In this document: positions 43,497-51,406 of the stretch, piece by piece
How positions within the stretch are numbered: the first letter of the stretch is position 1
How the letters are laid out: each line of letters starts with the position of its first letter
Assembly: GCA_042218035.1 (NCBI GenBank)
Contig: JBDGRM010000032.1
Location: 1-59,797, forward strand
Origin: Candidatus Magasanikiibacteriota bacterium
Lineage (GTDB): Bacteria; Patescibacteriota; Minisyncoccia; UBA6257; GWB1-50-10
Direction of reading: 5' to 3'
DNA: 59,797 bases
Translations under genes and position numbers: made by a program
Notes under the pieces: model-generated
Told to the model about the DNA's origin: nothing
Databases searched by the model: none
The model's input: only the letters and a program-made list of their open reading frames with translations

Positions 43497-46172
43497 ATGG
43501 CTCTACATGAAGAATTTCCAAAATCTCCTCACGAGATTATAAAACCGGAGCATAGATGGTTTCCTGCTGAGGAGACGCTTGAAGAGGAGGGTAGAGCAAA
43601 ACTGCTTCCGCCGCTCGTTGCGGAATTGCGAAAGGAGGTTAAGGAATGGCGTGATTCTGGGTATGATGGTGCAAGCGATACCAGTAAGGCCCTACTTAAT
43701 TTTTGGTTTAATACCGAACATCCCCAAGAGCAGGCGGACGGTACCGTAAATTACTTTGAATACTATTTTGCTCAGCAAGAAGCTGTCGAGACTATAATTT
43801 GGCTACATGAAATAGCAGAAGTTAGAGATCCTTACGATCTTATGCAATTTGATGCGTCGGGCCTTGTTTCTAAGGATCACTTTGATGAGGTATGGACTAG
43901 ATTTGTGGTAAAAATGGCTACAGGGTCTGGCAAGACAAAAGTTCTATCTCTGGTTTTGGCATGGTGCTTTTTCCATAAGACATATGAGGAAGATTCTGAT
44001 TTAGCAAGAAACTTTTTGCTTATCGCTCCTAATGTAATTGTGTTTGAGCGCCTTAGAGATGACTTTGATGGGCTGGATGTATTTTACGAAGACCCTGTAA
44101 TACCGGAAAATGGCTATATGGGACAAAATTGGGAAAATGATTTTCAACTCGATGTGCATTTACAGGATGATGTAACCGCACATGAGCCTACAGGGAATAT
44201 TTTCTTGACTAACATACATCGTATTTATTCAAGTAGAGGAGAAGATGAGCCTAGTGGGCCTGAGGACGGCAAGGATTACTTTCTAGGAAAGAAGCCGCCA
44301 GCCGACTTACAAAGTGATGAGGTGACTGTAGGAGAGATTGTAAGAGATTTGGACGAGTTAGTTGTATTAAATGATGAGGCTCACCACATTCATGAGGCAG
44401 ACTTAGCATGGTTTCAAGCTATTGAGGATATTCATAATAATTTAGTACAAAAAGGATCTGAGCTGAGTTTACAGATTGATGTAACTGCAACCCCTAAAGA
44501 TTCTAACGGAAATATATTTGTACAAACTATTTGCGACTACCCGCTTGTAGAAGCTATTCATCAAGATGTGGTAAAGCGACCCGTAGTCCCTACACCCTCA
44601 GATCGGGGCATGTTAGAGGAACATGAATCGAGTAAATTTACTGAGCGATACAGAGACTTTATTAATTTAGGGTATAGGGAATGGGAAAAGGCTTATCCGA
44701 TTCACAAAAAACTTGGCCAAAAAGCAATACTGTTTGTAATGACAAGTGATACAAAAAACTGTGATGAAGTTGCAGAGTACCTAGCCCAACTTCCCAACTT
44801 ATCGGAAGAAGAAATCCTTGTGATACACACGAACAAAGATGGGAGTTATTCTCAGGCAAAAAGTAAGCGCGATTACCTTAATCAACTCAGAGAAGAGTCC
44901 AGTAGAATCGATTCATGGGATAGTCCCTATAAAGCAATAGTTTCAGTTTTAATGCTTCGCGAAGGCTGGGATGTTCAAAATGTTACAACCATCATCGGTT
45001 TGCGACCGTTTTCAGCTGAATCACAAATTTTACCGGAACAAGCGCTTGGGCGTGGCCTTCGTCGTATGTATCGAGGAGAAGAGGAGTCCGGAGATGAGAA
45101 ATTAAGCGTTGTTGGAACCCCTGCATTTATGGAGTTTGTAGAAGGAATTAAACGAGAGGGTGTTGACCTTGAAGAGGCTGCGATGAACTCAACCTCCGAT
45201 CCTGTAGCCCCTACTCTTATTGAGGTGGACAGAGATAATGAAAAGAAAGATATAGATAAATTGGACATTGAAATTCCTATTTTATCGCAGAGATTGTATA
45301 GAGAATACAAAAACCTTGAAGAGTTAGATCCTAGTTCTTTTGATAATGAAAAGTTTTCAGTTAAAGAGTTCAGTGAAGAAGAGAAGAAAGAAATTACATT
45401 TTGGGATATTGAAAGAGAGGAAGAATCTCACAAGACTAAGCTGGAGAACGTTAGGCCTGATTGGCGAAGTGTTATAGGTTATCTTACAAACAAGATACAG
45501 AAAGACATGCGTTTAGTATCAGGTCATAACGTTTTATATCCTAAGGTTCAGGAATTTATAGAAAAATATTTATTTGAAGAGGAAGTAAATCTATCGGATC
45601 CTAATGTGGTTAGGAATCTTTCAGAAATTGAAATACAGCGCACTATATATACTGAATTCCGGAAAGCGATTAATGAGTTAACGATCCAAGATTCTGGAAG
45701 CGCTGAGGTGCAAAGCCATATAAGCATAAAAGAGACCAGTCCGTTTACGACCAAAGACAAAGAAGCAGTATACTCTGATAAGACTGTTTTTAATAAAATT
45801 GTGGGCGACAGCCATTTTGAGCTTGAGTTTGCGGCATGGCTTGATGAACAGGATGACGTGATTTCATTTGCAAAGAATTACTTTGCTGTAAACTTTAAAA
45901 TTGAATACCAAAAAGAAGACGGTAATCTCTCTTACTTCTATCCAGACTTTTTTGTAAAAGTTGATGAAGACGAGGTGTGGGTTGTAGAGACTAAGGGTAG
46001 AGAAGATTTGGATGATGTAAGGAAGATAGAGAGATTAGAGAAATGGTGTAAAGATGTAAATGAAGTCCAGGACGAAACCGAATTTAAATACTTATACTTG
46101 AAAGAGGATGAATGGAACGAATGGCAAAGCAAGGCAGAGAGCTTCTTGAGCTTGGCCAATGGACTAAAATAA
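43497..46172 (+). CDS. res: Type III restriction enzyme Res subunit (SF2 helicase plus C-terminal PD-(D/E)xK nuclease)
   Basis: Walker A KMATGSGKT, DEAH box LNDEAHHI, motif VI QALGRGLRR, and C-terminal YPDFFVKVDEDEVWVVETKG. 891 aa. Confidence 0.9.
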   Translation: MALHEEFPKSPHEIIKPEHRWFPAEETLEEEGRAKLLPPLVAELRKEVKEWRDSGYDGASDTSKALLNFWFNTEHPQEQADGTVNYFEYYFAQQEAVETIIWLHEIAEVRDPYDLMQFDASGLVSKDHFDEVWTRFVVKMATGSGKTKVLSLVLAWCFFHKTYEEDSDLARNFLLIAPNVIVFERLRDDFDGLDVFYEDPVIPENGYMGQNWENDFQLDVHLQDDVTAHEPTGNIFLTNIHRIYSSRGEDEPSGPEDGKDYFLGKKPPADLQSDEVTVGEIVRDLDELVVLNDEAHHIHEADLAWFQAIEDIHNNLVQKGSELSLQIDVTATPKDSNGNIFVQTICDYPLVEAIHQDVVKRPVVPTPSDRGMLEEHESSKFTERYRDFINLGYREWEKAYPIHKKLGQKAILFVMTSDTKNCDEVAEYLAQLPNLSEEEILVIHTNKDGSYSQAKSKRDYLNQLREESSRIDSWDSPYKAIVSVLMLREGWDVQNVTTIIGLRPFSAESQILPEQALGRGLRRMYRGEEESGDEKLSVVGTPAFMEFVEGIKREGVDLEEAAMNSTSDPVAPTLIEVDRDNEKKDIDKLDIEIPILSQRLYREYKNLEELDPSSFDNEKFSVKEFSEEEKKEITFWDIEREEESHKTKLENVRPDWRSVIGYLTNKIQKDMRLVSGHNVLYPKVQEFIEKYLFEEEVNLSDPNVVRNLSEIEIQRTIYTEFRKAINELTIQDSGSAEVQSHISIKETSPFTTKDKEAVYSDKTVFNKIVGDSHFELEFAAWLDEQDDVISFAKNYFAVNFKIEYQKEDGNLSYFYPDFFVKVDEDEVWVVETKGREDLDDVRKIERLEKWCKDVNEVQDETEFKYLYLKEDEWNEWQSKAESFLSLANGLK

Positions 46173-46232
46173 CGGTACACAACATAAAGGACTGCGAGTT
46201 TTGAGAGCAAAAAATGAAAAGTTGATAGAGTT

Positions 46233-47116
46233 ATGAAAAAAAATTTAGTAAAAAACCTTGAAGAAACCCTAAAAGAGGTTTCGGACTTGAAAGTTGTTGA
46301 CGAAGGGTGGCAGAAGATTGTTTTAAAAGCTAATTACAAAGATACGTTAATAGCTTTAAAGCTTATTGAGGTTGAATTCCAAGATGAATCTAACCGTAAA
46401 ATTTTTAACGACATTGCTCTTAAGAGGGTAGAAAGGGAAATAGAAATAATGGAAAATATTAATCATAAAAACCTTTCTCAAAAGGCAGATTTAGAACCGG
46501 GCTTTGTAGGCATTAAGAGCAAGAAGTTTTTTATTATGGAGAAAAGTTTATTGACGGAGTAAGTTTGCACAAACTTATATCGGAATCGGATGAGGGGCTA
46601 TCTTTTAGTAAAAATTTAAAACTTTCTTGCGACTTGCTTAGAGCTATAAATAAGCTTTGGAAAATTAATAAAGTTCATAGAGATATCAAACCTAAGAATA
46701 TAATTTGGGATACAAAACATGAAGATTTTGTTTTAATAGATGCGGGGATATCTTTTGCTTTAGACGAAACTCCCCTTACTCAATCGGGTAAGACAGTAGG
46801 AACCCTGCCTTATATGTCTCCTGAGCAGATCAAGGGGCAGAAAAAATCTTTAGATTTTAGATCGGATATGTATTCTTTGGGTATCACAGTTTTCGAGTCC
46901 TCAACCGGCTTCCACCCGTATTTGGACAGAGAGACAACTTTTCGGGGGATTGAGGATCGTATTATAAGTGATCAAGTAAGATTAAGTGATTACAAAAGTG
47001 ATTGGCCAGTTGCATTTACTGAAACGGTTGATCAGTTCCTTAAAAAGAAGGCTTATTTAAGGCCCAGAAGTTGTGAGGCGGTTTTGGAGACTCTTAGTCA
47101 AATTGATTATAATTAA
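46233..47116 (+). pseudogene. Minimal eukaryote-like Ser/Thr protein kinase, interrupted by a 1-nt frameshift at the hinge (two ORFs, 46233-46562 and 46565-47116)
   Basis: N-lobe: IALKLI (catalytic Lys), RVEREIEIM (alpha-C Glu), FFIMEK (hinge). C-lobe frame: FIDGVSLHKLI, VHRDIKPKNIIW, LIDAGIS (DFG-like), GTLPYMSPEQ, DMYSLGIT. Adding one A or one T within aaaagttta (46542-46550) joins the frames. Confidence 0.8.
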
Positions 47117-47122
47117 TTTGAT

Positions 47123-48289
47123 ATGATTCTTGCTCAAGATGGGTGGGGACCCACTAATAAGATTAAACGGGGACTTAGAGAGGGGGTGGTTGAAGGCGTG
47201 ATATTTTGCCCAAAAACAAACAGCAAATCCAAGTCCAAGGATAGGATTAATAATTTTCTGGAGTCATTCGAGGATGAATTTTTTCTATTTGACCCCCATT
47301 TCTATGCTACTGTGATTTCTACTGATAGATCTGGGAAGCTAGAATCCCATTCTTATTACCAGAACTTAAATCCTGCCGATTTTACGGCTAGCGAGATCCA
47401 AGCTAGGGTGGGGGAAACTTTAGAATTTCAAAGAAGGTGCGGGTTAAATCGTGTAGTATCCCCTGGCTTGATAATAAATAATTTTAACGACAGATATTCC
47501 CAAATAAATTCACAGTTGTTTGCTGAATCAGTAGATAAGACTGAAGGCGGGGAAAATCTATTTGTTTGTTTGCCAATATCAGAAGAGGCGCTTAAGGATG
47601 AAGAAAAGATGGATTCATTTCTTAGCGAAGTTACTAGATTAAATACTGATGGATTTTATTTATTTGTAGAAAGGAGCTCCTATTCTTCTTTGCAGTGGTC
47701 TAATCCTCGCACTTTAAGTAATCTTATGTATCTTGTATATGTTTTATCTAGCCAAGGATATAGTGTGGTTGTAGGATACATTGATGTAGTGGGTTTGTTA
47801 TTATTAAGTACAGGAGCTAACTTTATTGCTAATGGGTGGTATCGTACACAACGGCAATATACAAGGAGACGATATGAGGAAAGAGGAGTAGGGAGGCCTC
47901 CCCGCTTAGAATATACCTCCCCTCATTTACTAAATTCTATTTATGTGGAAGATGAACTAAAGCCAATTTCTGAGCTTGGATTTCTAGATGAGGTTGTGGC
48001 AAATAATAAGATATCCCAAAAATTGAAAGAGGGTAGTCTACCAGAGGAGTGGACTAGAGAAGATTTTATGCTAAATCATTGGAGTGTTCTGCATAACATG
48101 TCTCAAAAGGTTGCCGACAAAAAGAATGTTGACAACAAACTAGACTGGATGAAGGGCAGGATTAGTTCTGCCCAATCTTTGTATTCTAAGTTGAAGAAGG
48201 AAGGTATAAATTTTGATACCAAAACAAATGAAAGACATTTACAAGTTTGGAAGGAAGCTATAGCCTTATTTCAAAGTAAGGAAAGGTAA
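47123..48289 (+). CDS. Hypothetical protein, 388 aa (orphan). The sequence shows an alternating beta/alpha pattern.
   Basis: Starts 6 nt after the kinase stop. Eight short hydrophobic strand-like segments (MILAQD, GVIFCP, FFLFDP, RVVSPGL, LFVCLPIS, GFYLFVE, SVVVGY, NFIANG) alternate with helix-like stretches. No named motif. Confidence 0.6.
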   Translation: MILAQDGWGPTNKIKRGLREGVVEGVIFCPKTNSKSKSKDRINNFLESFEDEFFLFDPHFYATVISTDRSGKLESHSYYQNLNPADFTASEIQARVGETLEFQRRCGLNRVVSPGLIINNFNDRYSQINSQLFAESVDKTEGGENLFVCLPISEEALKDEEKMDSFLSEVTRLNTDGFYLFVERSSYSSLQWSNPRTLSNLMYLVYVLSSQGYSVVVGYIDVVGLLLLSTGANFIANGWYRTQRQYTRRRYEERGVGRPPRLEYTSPHLLNSIYVEDELKPISELGFLDEVVANNKISQKLKEGSLPEEWTREDFMLNHWSVLHNMSQKVADKKNVDNKLDWMKGRISSAQSLYSKLKKEGINFDTKTNERHLQVWKEAIALFQSKER

Positions 48290-48301
48290 TTAATTTTATT
48301 A

Positions 48302-48982
48302 ATGCAAGAAAGTACATTCGCGAAAAGGTTTACGGAAATAAAACCAGACTTTGGATTAGGTCAAGATTTTGAATTAGTTAGAGAGTTGGAAACGCAAGCG
48401 GGCATCCCTGATTCGTTAGGTATTAGTTGTAAGGATGTAAAAACTCTTCTAGATTTTATGAGTAAGTATCCTGATATTAATTTAACTAACGGTTATTCGC
48501 AGATAATATCTCAACTTTATCCCAGAAACTTTGTCGAAATTGATCAAATATTTTCTAAAACTGATTTAAGTAAATCTTATTTTGATAGACATATCCAATT
48601 ACTAGAAAATAAAGACTTGATTGAGAGAGACATTAGGAACGACTCAAGGATAAGATTAGGGGAGAATTTTTCTATTCCTGAGTTGGATATATGGACTATT
48701 GAATTTAAAATGAGTGCGTGGAAATCAGCGTTGAAGCAAGCTATTAGGTACAGGCTATTTTCTTCTAAGGTGTTTGTGGTGATGCCATCGACTAAATTAG
48801 AATTTGTAAAAAAGAAGGAGGGTATTTTTAAAAAGTTTGGAATTGGTTTGGCTTTTTTTGATAGCGCTAAAGGCGACTTAGATATTGAAGTGCCCCCCAG
48901 GAAGAATGTAGCAAATGCTAAAAGTTACTACATTGACGTTATTGGTAGATTATCTCAGAGCGATAAAATAAATTTTCGTTAA
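48302..48982 (+). CDS. Hypothetical protein, 226 aa, with a wHTH-like segment and a possible PD-(D/E)xK-like core
   Basis: SKSYFDRHIQLLENKDLIERD (wHTH-like recognition region). ELDIWTIEFKMSAWKSALKQAIRY (D...ExK pattern), followed by the beta-strand-like VFVVMP and GIGLAFFD. Confidence 0.55.
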   Translation: MQESTFAKRFTEIKPDFGLGQDFELVRELETQAGIPDSLGISCKDVKTLLDFMSKYPDINLTNGYSQIISQLYPRNFVEIDQIFSKTDLSKSYFDRHIQLLENKDLIERDIRNDSRIRLGENFSIPELDIWTIEFKMSAWKSALKQAIRYRLFSSKVFVVMPSTKLEFVKKKEGIFKKFGIGLAFFDSAKGDLDIEVPPRKNVANAKSYYIDVIGRLSQSDKINFR

Positions 48983-49001
48983 TTGATAACAGCAAAAGAC
49001 T

Positions 49002-49030
49002 TAACCCAAATACAATACTTGTTTGGGTTA
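49002..49030 (+). terminator. Hairpin at the end of the five-gene island (weak terminator candidate)
   Basis: taacccaaa-N11-tttgggtta. The downstream T tract is weak. Confidence 0.35.
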
Positions 49031-49096
49031 GTATATTTGCTTGATAAATTTTTATCTCAAGTGTTTTAACTATTATTGTTTGCCCCAATTCATACA

Positions 49097-49185
49097 AAAT
49101 GGGACACCCTTTTTATATGTGTCCCATTTGTCCCATTTTCCTTGTTTTTATAAAAATGTGACACTCTTTTTATAGTGTCACATTT
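49097..49185. repeat. Two tandem ~57-bp units, each holding an 11-bp-arm palindrome, with a compensatory change between the units
   Basis: Unit 1: aaatgGgacac-N11-gtgtcCcattt (49097-49129). Unit 2: aaatgTgacac-N10-gtgtcAcattt (49154-49185). Each is followed by a third half-site copy (gtcccattt / gtaacattt). Confidence 0.85.
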
Positions 49186-49217
49186 GTAACATTTGCTTGA
49201 AATTTGAGGTCAATAGT

Positions 49218-49244
49218 GAGGGTAGCTACCACTAGGCTACCCTC
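49218..49244. other. 9-bp-stem hairpin, gagggtagc-N9-gctaccctc
   Basis: Read directly. The gctacc word recurs at 49287. Confidence 0.6.
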
Positions 49245-49377
49245 TATTAAACTTGAAATGGCAACTGAGAGGCCAGCGCCAGTAAGGCTACCACCTAATA
49301 AACTTTGAACTAACCTCTTTTAGGTGATGATATAATGTGGTGTGAGTTATCTGTTCATATTCTAACTTTTAGTACTT

Positions 49378-50085
49378 ATGTCCATTAAATCAGGATCAAG
49401 AAAGTTACCTGCTTATTTCAAAAAAAGTAAGATTGATCATTATATTCTGTTTTTGTATGGAGGCGGTAAAGACAAAGGAAAAGAGAAGTTTAAATTATGG
49501 CAGGATAAGTTAGCAAAGGAAGGTATTGGATCGTTGAGTTTTGATTTTTCTGGTATGGGAGATGCTCCTGGACAAATGAAAGAGGAGTCTTTGGAGAGCA
49601 GAATTTCAGAAGCGAGATCAGCTGCTTTGTGGCTTCGTGATGAAGAGCCTTCTGCAGAATTTAGTTTGTATGGAGTCAGTATGGGAGGGTATGTTGCTTT
49701 GGGTTTGGTAGATAAAATGCCGGAGATGTTTTCATCTTTAATTTTGCAAGCCCCTGCTGCTTATTCTCAAAATGCTCATAATTTACCTTTTGATGATTCG
49801 TTTACCGAAGAATTACACGAAGAGAACAGTTGGAAAGATTCTTATTCTTTTAAATGGTTAAAGGAATATGAGGGGCGGGTTTTGTTTGTTAGTATGGAAA
49901 AAGACAATGTTATTCCTGAGCCGATTTTAGAAAGATACAAGGATATTTTAGATGAGAAGGATTGTGAATTTGTAACGATTCCTGATGCCCCTCACGGCAT
50001 ATGGGGTGATACTGAAGAAGATGCTAAATTTCGAGAGATTGTTTACGAAAATTTTTGTGAGTTTTTATTGGGCAAAGACAATTAA
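49378..50085 (+). CDS. Alpha/beta hydrolase-fold protein
   Basis: Nucleophile elbow LYGVSMGGYVA, late acidic residue/His (EKDNVIP, PDAPHG). 235 aa. Confidence 0.75.
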   Translation: MSIKSGSRKLPAYFKKSKIDHYILFLYGGGKDKGKEKFKLWQDKLAKEGIGSLSFDFSGMGDAPGQMKEESLESRISEARSAALWLRDEEPSAEFSLYGVSMGGYVALGLVDKMPEMFSSLILQAPAAYSQNAHNLPFDDSFTEELHEENSWKDSYSFKWLKEYEGRVLFVSMEKDNVIPEPILERYKDILDEKDCEFVTIPDAPHGIWGDTEEDAKFREIVYENFCEFLLGKDN

Positions 50086-50144
50086 GGTGGCTCGGGAGGT
50101 AAGTTTAATAAGGTAGCGAGTAAATAATTTTAATTTGATAAAAG

Positions 50145-50369
50145 ATGATTAATTTTAAAGAGACACCGAAAGGATCAGGTTCTGAACAGATGAGTAAAGG
50201 AAACAGAGAAAGAAATGTAGAATCTGATCATATAGAACAGAAAGAATTACTAAAAGGAACTGATGTAGTCGTTGAAAAAATAGACAAGCATTCTGAATCA
50301 CCGATTCCCGTCGGTTATATAACAAAAGGAAGGCTTGCAAATGATATTGAAGAATTTTTTTCACCTTAG
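50145..50369 (+). CDS. Hypothetical protein, 74 aa
   Basis: ORF whose last codons and stop lie inside the first copy of the 43-bp repeat. Confidence 0.35.
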   Translation: MINFKETPKGSGSEQMSKGNRERNVESDHIEQKELLKGTDVVVEKIDKHSESPIPVGYITKGRLANDIEEFFSP

Positions 50370-50404
50370 AGGTGTAAGTTTTTCTAATTTTTATGGCATA
50401 ATAA
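50362..50404 (+). repeat. 43-bp perfect direct repeat, copy 1 (palindrome plus extended -10 promoter-like cassette)
   Basis: caccttagaggtgtaagtttttctaatttttatggcataataa. It contains cacct-tag-aggtg and TGgCATAAT. Confidence 0.9.
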
Positions 50405-50520
50405 GAAAGTAGAGATTTGAGCCATAGATTTTAATAATCAAAATTGTAAATTTGACTTTTATGCTGTTTACTTTTTTAATTTAGGTAGTAGCTTAACTCT
50501 CATAAAACAGCCCTTCAAGG

Positions 50521-51210
50521 ATGGATCTGCTGAAATTGAAAAATCGTTCTGAAACATTGAAGGACTTGGAAGATAAGTCAATTTTTTGGTCTAACCTTTT
50601 TCTTGTTTCCGTTGCCTTTTTGGTGTTGAGTATAGTTTATATTTTGGTTTTGGGGGAAGTTGCCTCGGGCGAAATTTTGGACAAAAAGCTTTTTTGGCTG
50701 AGATTATGGTTCGTTCTCGGTAGCTTTTCTATCTTATTCTTTTTCGCTACTTATGCAAGAAGCTTTTTTGTGCGTCGGAAGTTTATGTCTCAGCGGAGGA
50801 AAGAATTGTCCGATCAGCTTTCTGATGAGGTGATTGAGAAAGTTGATTCGGTCATCAAAGAGATGGCTACTCGCCTTTCTGATCTTCAAACCGTTATTGA
50901 CTCTTCCCTGGATGAGTCTCGAGCTACTTACAACGGGTTGGAGATAGCGGAAAAGGCTCTCGAAAAGAGAGCCGATCTCTGCGAGGAGTATGTAGATTTC
51001 TTCATTGAATTGAGCTTTGTATGGAAAAAGGGGTATATAAAGGATGAAGACACCCTTGACTATTTGGAGGCTCGCTTTGAGAGTCATGAGAAAATTCATG
51101 AAAAGATAGTCAAGCCTCTATTAAGAGACAAAGGTTATGCTGAAGATTATATTGATGATATCTCGAAGCTAAAGGAGGGAGTTAAACAGAACAGACTTTT
51201 GATGGACTAA
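50521..51210 (+). CDS. Membrane protein (hypothetical), 229 aa
   Basis: Two or three N-terminal TM segments, then a helical acidic region. A terminator follows. Confidence 0.55.
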   Translation: MDLLKLKNRSETLKDLEDKSIFWSNLFLVSVAFLVLSIVYILVLGEVASGEILDKKLFWLRLWFVLGSFSILFFFATYARSFFVRRKFMSQRRKELSDQLSDEVIEKVDSVIKEMATRLSDLQTVIDSSLDESRATYNGLEIAEKALEKRADLCEEYVDFFIELSFVWKKGYIKDEDTLDYLEARFESHEKIHEKIVKPLLRDKGYAEDYIDDISKLKEGVKQNRLLMD

Positions 51211-51215
51211 ATTTA

Positions 51216-51247
51216 AAGCCGGAGAGGATTTCCGGCTTTTTCTTTTT
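51216..51247 (+). terminator. Intrinsic terminator
   Basis: aagccgga-gaggatt-tccggctt followed by tttctttttg. Confidence 0.65.
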
Positions 51248-51272
51248 GCAAAACTTAGGTTAAAAAGTTTTC

Positions 51273-51315
51273 CACCTTAGAGGTGTAAGTTTTTCTAATT
51301 TTTATGGCATAATAA
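51273..51315 (+). repeat. 43-bp perfect direct repeat, copy 2
   Basis: Identical to 50362-50404. It lies 911 bp downstream of copy 1 and ~90 nt upstream of the nuclease gene. Confidence 0.9.
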
Positions 51316-51406
51316 AGGTGTAGAAGAGCAAAATTTTTTATAGGTGATTAATATAAATAAGCTTACTTTAAATTAACTTATTAGAGGTGGTTAAGTCTCA
51401 ATATTC

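Noticed and set aside
46538-46552. Programmed -1 ribosomal frameshift joining the two kinase ORFs
   Set aside because: There is no canonical slippery heptamer (the sequence is g_aaa_agt) and no obvious downstream stimulatory structure. A simple indel is more likely.
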